From Chrysomallon squamiferum (taxonomy: Eukaryota > Animalia > Mollusca), in NCBI GenBank assembly GCA_012295275.1, contig CM022671.1, positions 20,150,001 to 20,214,000 of the forward strand: a stretch of 64,000 nucleotides of DNA, in the 5' to 3' direction. Below are positions 41,676 to 55,156 of the stretch, one piece after another. The position numbers were made by a program, and so were the translations under genes. Under the pieces are notes generated by a model that ran no database searches, was not told the origin of the DNA, and saw nothing but the letters and a program-made list of their open reading frames with translations. Position 1 is the stretch's first letter. Each line of letters begins with the position of its first letter.

Positions 41676-42476
41676 GGATTATTCAGTGCCAACTCAATCA
41701 GAGTTCCTTGGGTGACCATTCCCGATTTTGAAAAAATTTCATTCATTTGTGCATCCTTGTAAATAATGGACGCATGCTAAATGTTGGGACAAAATTCATA
41801 TTTGTTTTGCAATTATGATGAATCAAATGTGGGACCATCGTCCCATTTTAAGTATTATAAAGGCAATGCTATGTTACCTATTTCATACCTGGAGAATCTA
41901 AAATGGACTTATTTTGTAAATATCTTCGACAGTTTTTGATCTGGAGACATCTAAAATTTGATTTTTTATTATTCAAAACTTATATATTTTATATTTTGGA
42001 GGCCTATTACTTTATGATTATTTGTTATAGATACAAATTGTTGACTGATTTGAAATATGGACCTATGCATGTTTCTTTATGGGAAAGATTGTCTGAATCC
42101 TGTAATAATATTAATATTAATGTAGTTAGGATCCAAAATTTGTAACCCCTATTTCAAGGTTCAAGAAGAAAGCATGCATTACATAGATATGTTCTGTACA
42201 AAATCAGTCCATTTATAGATCTCCTTATATGAAATATGTAACTTAGCAAACGTCAACTCAATATCTTTACAACAGCTAAAGTTACTAGCTTTCAAAAATA
42301 GCCCGAAACATCTTGATATAGTTGCGAAGGCAAAAAATGAGATGACGGGCTCTTCATTTGATCAACCATAATTTCAGATCTCAAATGAATGCGCAGATGA
42401 GTGAAATTTTATCAAAATCGGAGACGGTCACCCGGGAAATTTTCTGCAATTTGGTTGTTTTGGCGTGGAATGACCC
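41676..42476. mobile_element. Non-autonomous DNA transposon (MITE-like) with long imperfect terminal inverted repeats
   Basis: 41710-41756 gggtgaccattcccgattttgaaaaaatttcattcatttgtgcatcc is the inverted copy of 42388-42434. The right terminus ...cgtggaatgaccc pairs with a degenerate left terminus ggattattcagtgcc; flanks are tata and tgta. No intact ORF. Confidence 0.7.
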
Positions 42477-42722
42477 TGTAGCAAATTATTCTTAAGTGTC
42501 CTCAAAGAAACCAGAAATAATTTCTCTGTTTCATAGAAATCTTTGATTCAGCATGTTTAATAGACTTATTTATACAGAGTCAGCAACTTAATGCGTCATG
42601 CTGGATCCAAAACAGTGTAGAGACAGGTTGTCATGGATACATCCATCATTAACATGAAATCTATCCAAGACTGTGACCACGACATGTTTCCATCCCAATT
42701 ACTTTATCCACTTTTTATGTTG

Positions 42723-42753
<31 letters not shown>

Positions 42754-42944
42754 TTTGCACAGATTGTATCTATACGTATTTCGGCAGTACGTTTATAATA
42801 TATCTTCAGTAAGTCGGTCGTCTCCTGGTTTTTTTTACTTCTGGAACGTGTCTTTCCTCAAGAATTGGATGTCCAAAGTGAGATATTCATTGATTTGAGT
42901 TCATTTGGGTATGAACTAAACAAAAATGTTTAAACACGTATAAG

Positions 42945-43140
42945 GCCCAAAATCCAAGATGGCCGCTGTCATTCATGGAAAATACCGAACAAAACATATC
43001 TCTGGAACTACTGGACCAACTTCAATACAGTTAGTTTCTGTTGTAGGATTTTCAATATCTGGGATAATCTGGGATATGTTTCAGGTCGATAATAGGTCAA
43101 GATTATGCAAGAAGGTCAAGATAAAGGTCACATCAGGCTC
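42945..43140. mobile_element. Fragment of an interspersed repeat carrying aaatccaagatggccgc and aggtcaag/aaggtcac motifs
   Basis: These motifs recur in invertebrate (notably molluscan) non-autonomous repeats, as recalled; the family cannot be assigned here. Confidence 0.4.
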
Positions 43141-44087
43141 TTTCCTTGGCCAAAATGATTTTTTTTTTTTTATGACAGATGATGAATAGTAGTAATGGTG
43201 GTAGTATTAGCAGTAGTAGCAATAGTAGTAATACTAGTAGTAGCAGTAGTTGTAGTAGTAGTAGTAGCAGCAGCAGCAATAATAGAAATAGCAGTACTGC
43301 ATAATACATACACATACATATAAACATACATACATACCTAATACACAGAGATACCTGCATACATATAAATACTGAATATTCATTCATGGATATTTAGTTG
43401 CTTAAATACACAAGAAGAACGCGCACACACACACACACACACACGTAAACAATATAATAGATGGTAGTACAGGCAAGCACGCAAACTACAGTTTAGCAAT
43501 ACATATATTATGCCCACAAATATACATACAGATTCTTTAAATACACAATAATTGTTTAATTGAATTTTATCTTTTGAATCACAAAATAAAGTTATAATCT
43601 TCTACCCCATCGGTTCATGAAGATTTGCACGTGTGAAAGATAAACTGTCGTCTTGTCAGATGTTTTCAGTGCGTTCAAATAAGTAAACACGCTTAGTTTA
43701 AAGTTCACCGAACTGTCGAGGTCATTGTTTTCAGGGAGAAACTTTATCATGGATAATGAACTCGACAGATAGAGAAGTTCATTAGAACTTACAAACAACG
43801 ACAGTTGCATCGTTTAGATAAGATAAAACATAATGATATTACGGTCATTGATATATATATCTTTGTAAAAATAATACCCACATACAAACAAAATAAAAGA
43901 AAGAAAGAACGAAAGATGAAAAAGAAAACAAGTTTGTCAGCTATGTTTCAAAAATCTTAGACTAAACAAACTATTATAAATATAGAGGTTAAGGATACAG
44001 AAACACTAATAAATGTTTTTATACAGTAGCATCATTATTTATATATGACGCCAAAATCATACAGTTTTGTAGTCCAAAATTAGTAAT

Positions 44088-44194
<107 letters not shown>

Positions 44195-46096
44195 TTATAG
44201 CTAAACATACATGCATAAACATACACATACACACACACACATACATAGAAACATACAAAGTCCACTCCAAGTCGAATTGTAAAGGTTTCTCCTTCGAGGG
44301 GATATTTGGGCCTTCGGTCCTCATAAATTTAGAATAATATACAGATTTAGAATAATAAAACATTTCTCTGCAACGAAATTATTATACTTTGCTCGAAAAT
44401 AGGTTAAGACGCGCACGGCTGCAACATTATGTGACATAATATAACATCATTTAGCCAAACCCATGTCACTTTTATTAAATTAACATAAATTACGCAAGTG
44501 CTCATGGTCGACATCATAGTCTCAATCACAGTTATATTCACCGCCAAATATTGATACACAAACACTCACACATTCGCTTTTATTTATACAGATATTTTCA
44601 CACACATAGACATAGATACATTAGTACATCTTACATACATATATACATGTATGAACGCACGTACATACCTATAAATCCACACATACATATAGATGCATAA
44701 ATATTTAAATATAATACATCATCATAATATTAATATTAAATAAGGCAGATAATGAACAGAAATACAGAGATAGACAAAAAGTGAATAATTAATTATAATA
44801 ACGACTTCAGATATATTAAGAGATTTCAATTTCATTTTAAGCATTTTTTTATTTTATACTTTATTATTATTATTATTTATTATCATTTTTATTATTTATT
44901 TATTTTGTTTGTTCGTTCGTTTGTTTCTTGTTTTTAATTTAAATTATATGCATATGTGGTTAAGAGAAATAACAAAAGACTGAGCTATTGGTTTTTGAAC
45001 TTTTCAGAATGATAATAGCTCTATTTATTTATTTAGCCAATAACAATATATTAATAGGCTATGTATACCAAACACCACAGATGATCATATTAATTATGTG
45101 AGATAACATGATGTCATTTATTAAGCAGAACTGACGTCATTTCTTTAACCCATCGCATTTCTACAGATAGTTTTCCAAAGGTGGAAATAAGTAATGTCTT
45201 AATATGTTTATTTATTTTATATAACCAAGCATCATCCAGCTAATTTAACTAATATAAATATAGTCAGTATTTTAGTTGTTTTTAAATGTGTAAACAATTT
45301 TTACTTTTCAATTCTTAATAATGGAAAGTTCTAATTACAATCGTTGAAAAATACTGGAGCGCAGATACAAAAGAGTGACGTAACAGGTATTGTCTCGTAT
45401 AACTTTAATGCCGCATTCGGAACCTCTTGCAATTTCGAGATTCCCACTGGGAAACAGTGTTCGGAATTAGTTTCCGGTGGAAAAGATTTCTGATACCCGA
45501 GCTGGAAGCTCGTATTTACCGTAATTACGAATAGCTCCGAATGCAGCATTATATCATAAACGTATGTTAAAAAAATAATAATAAAACAAAAATTAAAAAA
45601 TCGCTTAAGAATCATTTAGTTTTTAGATTAAAGGAATTTATTTATTTATTCTATAAGCTAAAGACGCAACAGGTAAATTAGTCTTGTGTAACTGTAACGT
45701 ATTAATTACGTATGTTGACTCGACTGTTTTAAATCGCAAGAAACCAAAGACGCAATAATTATTTCATATTACTTCATTATAGTAATGTATATGTACCCAA
45801 CCCTTCATGTTTTGTGAACTTACTCAAGGTGTTACGTATGCATTACGTAAGCAACTGCGTCATAAGTAAATCTGGTTATCGCTGTACCATCGGTGATTAT
45901 GTAATCTTATCTGAGTTATTGTCTAGCCGGACCAAATCCAAGGGCAGATTAACTTCTACTTAGCATTAGTAATTTTGCATTCCCTTAAAATATTATAACA
46001 ATTCAGTGTAAGTTAAAATAATATTACGGTTTTGAAAGATAATATGTGCGTGAATTTAATCTAGACTTACTCTGTTTGCGTTCTTCTTTCTTCTTC

Positions 46097-46132
<36 letters not shown>

Positions 46133-46850
46133 GTTTTTGTATTTGTTTTGCCATTTTTCTTGCTTTTAATATATTACTGCATGGCAAAATAATTAAAAAT
46201 AGGAACATGGATAAAAAAGAATCCTCCCTCTGTATAAAGACTGTCATCGCATGAACGTGCTGATGTAAGCGTTTAAAATGCTGACCACATCAACCGACGT
46301 ACTTGCTCAAGGTTAAAAGTTACAATACGTTTCATTAGTTAAACGTGAAACCTGTTTAGAGATAGATTGTATTCGGCGATATTATACAAAGGTATTTCGG
46401 GATATTTGTAAAGATAGAACCATTACAGTGACAGAACTGTGATAATTAGATCTGATATTCAACAGACATTTATAATAAGATTGACATTTACTTGCTTGTT
46501 GTTGTTTTCAAACAGGCTGGGTATATGTATTAAGTTACCAGTAATGCAAATAAAGTAAAACGGTTTATTAAACGCAGTAACATACACAAATACGAGCACG
46601 CATGTATACATTCATATAATATACTCATGCTTTCATTTCATTTTCTCCAATGCATACATCATGTATTTGTAAATTTAATAATAACAACAACATTAAAAAA
46701 TAATTAAGAAAAATACGAATATCCGAAATATTTGCATACTGAAAACAACAACAGAACTTTATCATTTTACTAAAAAGTGTTTTTAAAATGCTTCTCAATA
46801 GAATACAAAAATGCGCGCGAGTTTGCGCACCCATACATATATATATATTC

Positions 46851-47474
46851 GGTGGCTTTAAAAAATGTAACAGAAAAAGTCACAATTTAGTACAGGAAAA
46901 AAAGTCACAAAATGTATGGGTTTGTAGAGTACTGAATATGGCATCATAGTATGCATGGGGTAATTCTTAAGCTTATTGATTAGGCTAGATTAAAGAAAGG
47001 GGCCTCATATTGGGTCTAGCTTGAGTTTAGCTTACTGATTAGGATATATTTAAACTAAGGGCCTCCTATTGTAAATGATTTATAAAATGTCCCAGGTTAA
47101 AATGTGTTTCACTATATATTCTCCAGCTTGCTCTAATATCAGAAGTATGTTCAATATGGAAGTTATTCATAGCAATAAGGGTGATAAGTAAATCTGTTAT
47201 GAGGTGTTCATGTATACCAAGCAAGCAACTCGCAAAACAATGTTGTGGTGGAAATGTTTAAAAAAATGTTTTTAAAGTTGCAATTGTCGAGGTTCAGACT
47301 TACAGAGAGAGCATTGATGACCGCAAAACTCTGGCAGAATTTCTTCGTGGTATTGGGTGGAACATCCGCCTAAACCACCAATATTAAAATCATCTATCTT
47401 TCATTTCTAATATATTTCTTAATTTTAATTTTAAAAAAAACTGACTTTTTTCCTGTGACTTTTTTCCTAGAATC
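46851..47474 (+). mobile_element. Deleted Mutator-like (MULE) element with subterminal repeats, an 8-bp TSD and a transposase C-terminal remnant
   Basis: Tandem (ag)gaaaaaagtcaca units at the left end are inverted as tgtgacttttttcct at the right end. atatattc flanks both sides (46843-46850 and 47475-47482). Internal remnant EVQTYRESIDDRKTLAEFLRGIGWNIRLNHQY* at about 47289-47387 resembles MULE transposase C-termini. Confidence 0.7.
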
Positions 47475-47478
47475 ATAT

Positions 47479-47481
<3 letters not shown>

Positions 47482-47552
<71 letters not shown>
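47482..47552. repeat. (CA)n microsatellite
   Basis: Direct reading. Confidence 0.98.
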
Positions 47553-47554
<2 letters not shown>

Positions 47555-47894
47555 GCCTGCACACATACAAACACACATGTAAAAATGTGAAAAAGTATAC
47601 ATCCATAATTTATAAAATAACTAATCTATTATTTTTGCCAGAAGAAACATTTATTAATCGCAACATCAATGTAAAACTTTAATATATTCCTGTCAGTATT
47701 GTTTCTTGTCGTTCAAGTTTTTAAATAACAATAGCTTTTGCTAAGGTGAATTAAGGAAGGTTTAACTGAATAATAAATAAAATTCGTTCCATCCCAGAAG
47801 AATAATGGTTTATAGGTTTTCACCAATCCTTGTGCAGTGTTTAAAGTATTGATATACAAATTATGCTTGAAAAGACAATCAGACAGATAGAGAA

Positions 47895-47923
47895 ACACTC
47901 ACACTCACACACACACACACACA

Positions 47924-47986
<63 letters not shown>
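47895..47986. repeat. Compound (CA)n-(GA)n microsatellite
   Basis: Direct reading. Confidence 0.96.
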
Positions 47987-47988
<2 letters not shown>

Positions 47989-48879
47989 CGCTGATGGATT
48001 TTCAATAAAATTAATTAATTTCATCTGTAAGCTAAAAATGTTTTGTTTATTTGTTTGTTGTTTATTATTATTATTTATGAAATAAAATATTCAGAATATC
48101 AGATATTTGCAGATGTCGTGTATGCTGTGACCTAGATTGCTAGAGTTAAATCACTTGTTGAGATCTAAGTAACGATTAGAACACGTTGTTTTTGTATCTA
48201 GTCCATGTTTCAGGCGAAGTTCAGATCTCTGTGGGATTATCCTGTCAGAGGATGTCATCGAAATGTGTCCTCTACATTCAGTAATATTGTCAAACCCTGC
48301 GAATGCATGCACATTTGAAAATGTGTAAGAAAAGCAATTTGCGAAATACTGAGAGCTGTTTTACGCATTTCAAATTTCACAAAATAATATTATAAAATGA
48401 AATAAAATTACTTTAATTAAAATTGAATTTGACTGAAATTTAACCCTTTTTACTTTTTTTATTTTTATTTTTTTATTTAAATTTTTAAAGTAAATTCATA
48501 AATCAGCGAAGTAATACTACTACTACTACTACTACGACTAATAATGATAATACCAGTGTTCTTAAATAAAACAAAATAAGAATAAATAAATAAATATGTA
48601 TGTAAATAAATAAATTCTCAGGATTTCAGTGAAAATTTGCAAACAAATTATAGTAGGACAGTTCATTTTGTACACCACTGCATAGTTTGTGTAGGGGACA
48701 AATTTATAGATACAAAACTATAATGTTATGGACTTAAATACTTCGAATCATTCTTATTATTAAGACATTATTTAAATAACACACGAATGAGAAGGCATGT
48801 TTTAACATTATTTCCAAGTTTCATTATAATTAAAGTTTAATGTCATAAAACGAATACCCCTTTGACTGTAATAAGTTAG

Positions 48880-49023
48880 ACCCATTGAATTTCCTGTTGA
48901 ACGAAATCGAGGCTGTCTGGAAAATGGCGTCTGCAAGACGATCGATGTGGCGATTTGTCGACATGCTTTTGGCTTTTTCTTTAAGCCTTGGGAAATAAAA
49001 TATACTATGCATTTTCTTTGACC
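48880..49023 (+). promoter_or_regulatory. TBC1D25 promoter/5' UTR with a YY1-like AAAATGGCG site and upstream ATGs
   Basis: CpG-containing stretch directly upstream of accATGG at 49024; aaaatggcg at 48921-48929. Confidence 0.5.
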
Positions 49024-52000
49024 ATGGCTGGATTCTACAATCTGGAAAACCGAGAGGTGATTCGTGTCAAAGTGAAGGTTTGTTTTATTTTACAATACCA
49101 CAGCTGGTTAGTTGTTTTGTCGGCACCTGTTTAAGGCCCTTTTAAGTCTTCTATCTAACGTCAGCTGATTTGGGTCATGCTCAAAAGCTACTGTAAAATT
49201 AAAACAATACTGTTGATAATTACAGTTTTAAACACTAATTATTTCAAACAACCTTATAGTTTCAAAAATGGATTACTTACATACTAACGTATTTGGCATT
49301 TTCACTGATTATGAATATATCATTTATATGTAATATATTTAATAATTTATATTAATATCAAAACGTTTTGTTATTATTTCCATATTATTTTTAACAATAG
49401 TTGCTTATAATTAATGTTTACAGTGATTACAGTATAATCGGCTTCATTTCAAAACAATATTTCTATTAATAAATGTTTGTTTTTTTCTTTTAAAAATAAT
49501 GGCATTTCCCCTGAACTTGTACCATTTATATGAATTTAATGAATCCCGATGGTGATAGTAATAGACGTGCACATGTGTGAGTACACAAATGACCAAAACT
49601 GCCTTATTCAACCACTGACGCATCAGCTGTAATATTTTATTCCAGGTTACTGTTACATTTAAAATATGGGAACAGACACAAGTAAAATAGCACACACACA
49701 TGCATGCACGCACACACACAAAATAATAATAAAGAAATAAAGAAAGACAATGAATGAATAAAATGTAAAATTGAATTCTGTCTTACACATTTAAATATTC
49801 AGATTTGAACCCAAATTAATTTCCATTCTAACAAATGCCTCACAGTGGTTTAGCATTAGATAAAGTGTGTGGTTGAAGCATATTTCCACAGTTATAATTT
49901 CATTGTTTGAAATATATGACAGACACTTTTGAAGATAAAATGGGTTGTAAACATTTATTTATTTATTCATCATTATCATACAGGAATACTGAATACCTTA
50001 TAATCACTGATGTTAATAAAGTTAATTGTCATTAATATTCATTCATTGCATATCAGTATAAATGTATGCGTAACACCATATAACAATCAAATCACACATA
50101 TATAACATTTTTGAAAATTTAGATACAATAATAATGTTTTTAAACAATTTTCTGATGAACTTGTAACAAACATGATTTTTGTGGCTGTTAGCTATGAATT
50201 GAATTTTCCCTCTGCATATTACACACAAACCTATTCTTATTACAATTAGGGTAATCTGAATGTGCATTTGTTTTATTTTATCTTTATTACAAATAATAAT
50301 AATAATAATTAAGATAAGTTTTAAATTCATAGTAACAGAAAAATACAAACTGCTGTTTCAAGAATCTCTCTCTAAGGGAAAATTAAATGATGAGGAAATG
50401 CATGTTTATTTAACCTTGGCTGTTTGTTTAGTTAGTGTCTTTCAGCTGTTATACATATATACTCTCAAGCTGTTATGTAATAAGTTGATAAGAATTATAT
50501 TACTATTTTCAACTTCACAGCAACATAAATTATTTTCTTTCTTTTTTCTTCTTCTTCATATATATTTTTTTTTTTTCTTACAAACAAGACATAATTGTGG
50601 AGGTGGTGTAAGGCTGACTAATTTTATAATCTCAAAAATATTGATATTTATTGGTAAATGTTATTAGTATTTTCTTTGGCATAATTAACTGATTTATCAC
50701 AATTGTAATTTTATAACAGCTGTTGTTGCTTAGAAATAATAGATATTATTTTGATCTTGCAATTGTATCACACATGTTACTTGGTGCTGGTATTGTGGAA
50801 TGAATATTACAAGTAAACATGACTACAATTTTGAATATTGCCCAGATCTAAATTATTTTCACTTTTTGTTTATTAAAAATCTTATTTTCTGTATTAATAT
50901 AAAATACTGCAGTTATTAATTAAGCTGTATAATTTTTATTATTTAAAAATACTTAAATTCAGATATTACTGTTCTTAATTATATATATTTGTGTGTGTAT
51001 GGGTATATGTGTTTGTGTGTATATACATACATTTTTTTTTTTTTTTTTTTTTTCAGTATAAAAATCGTAAACTATTGTATTAAATATATAGTTGACATCT
51101 TTAACACACAAGATAGATTAGTTACAAACATTTAGTTATAAATTATATGTTTTTGTTATAATATCATGTACTGCTTTGTTTGAACATAGGGTGGACATTT
51201 GCTGCATGTTCTCACTATAGCAGACCAATGTCATTTTTATGAAAAGCATTATTTTATCTTGATATCTACAACCATAAATTGTAATGGTGACCTTATGTTT
51301 TCTGAGCTTCTTATTATGGTATACATAACTGAACAAATTTAAGCTAACAGTACAAACTGACTATGGATAGTTTAATCTTGCTAATTACAGTCAACCTTCA
51401 CATAATTCTTAATCTTAATACTGGTTGGATTAATTTGTTAAATTCCATTTTAAAAGTATTTTAAAAGTAAAATGTGGAACTCTCTGATAATGTACAGTTA
51501 AAAATATACATAATGAACTGTCATCAGAATATAAGCTACTGTGGGTAGTGAGTGAGAGGTAAAAAGAGAAAACCACAGTTATATTTGAAGTGGAAACTGT
51601 TTATTCTACATGTTTAACACAAAGGAAATGTTCTTGTGTTACACAGTAAATCCTACACAATCTTTTACAAGCTTGAACTCTTAATCCCATTTACTTGATT
51701 TATTAGGGCATTTAGGGGACAGATAAGGTACCACCCCTGGTTGATGTGTGTGAGACAACTTGTGTGCATTGTTACTCTGTGTTGTCTATGAAATTGAAAT
51801 CATTAACATTTTTATTATTGTTAATTTTATTTATCATTAAACTGATTTTTGATGAAATTTTTAAAGTGTTTGTTTTATTTATTTGTTATTATTAAAACAG
51901 TATTCAACAGGTATCACTTTATGGATCTACATGTGTATTTAAATCTGTATATGTATATAAATGAAAATAGAACATGTTGTATTTAATCTTTTAAAAAGTG

Positions 52001-55000
52001 GATAGAATTAATTTTATATTTTTTAATTTATTATTTATAGTCAAAATATTAATTTATTATTTTGTATAATTGAATGACTATTCTTTAGATTTTGAATTTA
52101 TATCAAAATATTAGTTAGAATATATATGCATTTGTGTGTGTGTGTATTTTTTCTTGTTATACTGATGTAGTTATATTTTTATTTTTGTTAGAAGTGTGAT
52201 GGCTTATTGCAACCAGAATACAAGAAGTTTTCTGTGGATCCCCAGATCACATCATTTGAGATGCTCCAGGGTATCTTGGCTAAAGCTTTTGAGATAAAAG
52301 GGTAAAGTTTACAATGTTCTGTTTTGAAAAATTATACTAAATTGAATGTTAACAATAGTTATTTGAATTGAATTAAATTTATATTAAATGTTTTAATTTT
52401 TAAATTTATTTTTTTGTTTCAAGCAATTCATATATAAGCATTTTCAACTTGGAGTTTATGAAACCAGAATATTTGTTTTAACATTTGTTCTATTTCAGAG
52501 ATTACAATGGTTTTTTGACTTCATGTAGACTTTTTATACTTATTTTGTTTTTTACACACTCTATTGTTTAGTTTACTATGTCATACACTGTTCAGAAACT
52601 GTATATGGCATTTTTTTGTTACAGTGACTTCACAATAAGTTATTTGGCTTCGGACTCTGAAGGTCAAGATGTCTATCTTAGCATGTTGTCAGACTGGGAT
52701 ATGGATGCTGCTTTTCAGTGTGCATCTGATCCATGTCTCAAGCTTAAAGTGGATCTCAAGCCATTTGAGGAAGGTATAACTTCATACAAACCAAAAAAAC
52801 ACATTGACATGTATGTCTAAATGGACATTGATAACATATATATATATATTCAGTATTGATTCATAGACATATCAATTGGTCTTTAAAACAAATGTTTTCT
52901 GTTTTTCTGCATAGTAATTTGGATTACATTTGTTATTTTATTATTATTTTTAATGATGTATTTCTGTTGTCCTTTTGACTAAAATTGATTGGGTATTGAG
53001 GTGTCATAAAACTTTTCATTTATTATGTTTTTCAGTAAGTATGGATGAGTGGGATGTGATTGCACCTGTTGATATCCCACAGCACAAGATAGCCAACATC
53101 ATTGATCGTAACTCACTGTTAGGCACTATAACTGGCACCATCACAAGTGGTGTTGGGAAAACTGTGAACACTGTCCAAAGAGCAATGGGTAATTTATTTT
53201 ACTGTATTTTATACCAACAGTTATGGTAAAAAAACCAAATACATTTTAAAACTGTATGTGTGTGTATACATATATATCATAGTGACTTCTGTTTTCTGTA
53301 TTTTAACATATAAATTTGTATTAACAGGATTTAAACAGACTGAAGAAGAGATGTATCGTCCTGTAAAACCACCTATGTCTGATATGGAATTTCACAATTA
53401 CCTGGATTCTTCTGGACTGATGATAAAGCCACAGGAATTTCGGCTAAGTATTTACCAAGGAGGCATTGAACCATCATTGAGACGTGTTGCATGGCGTCAT
53501 CTGTTGAATATCTTTCCTCTTCGCTTGTCTGGGCGTGAACGGTTTGATTATTTAAAGAGAAAAGAACTGGAATATTATGATCTCAGAGATGAGTGGAAAG
53601 AGAAATTCATTAGTGGTTGTGTTACTGAAGAAGTGAAGTATGTTGCATCTATGGTTAAGAAAGATGTTTTGCGAACAGATAGAACTCACAAGTTTTATGC
53701 TGGAGCTGATGACAATAAAAATGTACTGTCACTGTTTCACATTCTAGTCACATATGCACTCACTCATCCTAATATTTCTTACTGCCAGGGAATGAGTGAT
53801 ATTGCTTCTCCTATTCTTGTTATCCAAAAAGATGAAGCTCAAGCCTATCTCTGCTTCTGTGGACTCATGAAACACTTGCATGTTAATTTTAAGCCAGATG
53901 GGTCAGCCATGATGACCAAATTCAGTCATCTTGCTCATTTGATGCAGCTTCATGACTCGACCTTCTTTAAATACCTTCAGAGTATCAATGCAGGAGACTT
54001 GTTTTTCTGTTATCGTTGGCTTCTTCTTGGTTTAAAACGTGAGTTTCCATTTGATGATGCTCTGTACATGTTAGAAGTCATGTGGAGCACCCTGCCTCCT
54101 AATCCTCCTGTTAGAGAAATTGAACTTACAGATTATGATTATAATGTCAGGCTTCTTTCATCATCACCCTGTTCTCCAACATTCTCCTTTCAGCAGACTG
54201 TTTATGCAAAGCTTCTGTCAATGAGGCATTTTATGTCTTCTGCAGGACCAAAGAACAAAAAACAACAACATGATATGATTGCTGGCAATTCGGTAAACAA
54301 CAACAGTATGACTTTTTTTGATTCTTCTCCTGTGGATGAAGAAAAAAATGGAAATCCAGATTATCCTCGACTGGATGATCCAGACACAAGAGCGATGGAA
54401 CGACGATCTTCTTCGATTGATAGGTTCTTGGAAGAGACAGGAAGAGGTGAAAGTTCTCAAAATGGTCTGATGGAATCACCAGTTTTGGAAAACCAAGGTG
54501 ATGAATGTGAGGATGAAATTGTTAATGGGATGAGAGGAGATTACTTTGGCTCAAACAGTAGTAGTGGTGTCAACTCTGCAGTGTGTGATGTTTCAAACAG
54601 TGATGTTGAAGAAACATCACAGAGTGAGTCCGATCAGCAGATGCTGTTTAATCTTTCACTGGAGACAAAAGATATAAAACAACAAAGTTCCAAAGCCACA
54701 GATGACAGCATTCCTGGAAGTGGACTGTTCAATAGTATGAAAAAACTGTTATCTTCACCTAAGAAAAAACCAGCAAACATTTCAATTCCCAAAGAAATTA
54801 ATTCTATACCTGATGTGGAAGAAAATAGTGTAACCAATGGACTTGACAACAGTGATTCCATGTCTAATTCTGGAGAATCTTTGACAGCTTCAAAGATTGC
54901 TCTTAAACTGCCACCACCTCAAGAGTTTGGTTGTGGTAATCCTTTCCTCATGTTCTTGTGTTTGACTCTGTTGTTGCAGCACCGTGACCACATCATAAAG

Positions 55001-55156
55001 AACAACATGGGTTATGAAGAAGTAGCCATGCACTTTGACAGAATGGTCCGTCGACACCGTGTACACAAGGTTCTTCACATGGCTCGACAGCTGTACTCAG
55101 AATACTTACGTACACAGCAGACTTTAGCTAGTAGTGATGGAGACTTTGATGTGTAA
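49024..55156 (+). CDS. TBC1D25: TBC1 domain family member 25 (OATL1, Rab-GAP); exons 49024-49077, 52192-52301, 52625-52773, 53036-53188, 53328-55156
   Basis: REVIRVKVK|KCDG..PEYKKFSVDPQITS, YLSMLSDWDM, LIR motif DEWDVI, TBC catalytic fingers VKKDVLRTDR and YCQGMSD, and C-terminal LPPPQEFGCGNPFLMFLCL. Confidence 0.96.

Noticed and set aside
54100-54900. Long acidic/Ser-rich insert splitting the TBC1D25 C-terminal region
   Set aside because: A similar low-complexity insert in a large terminal exon is, as I recall, a normal feature of TBC1D25 orthologues.
54218-55078. Antisense ORFs inside the large TBC1D25 exon (similarly 23657-23872, 27846-28055, 18658-18876)
   Set aside because: Shadows of real coding exons, with no independent motifs or splice support.
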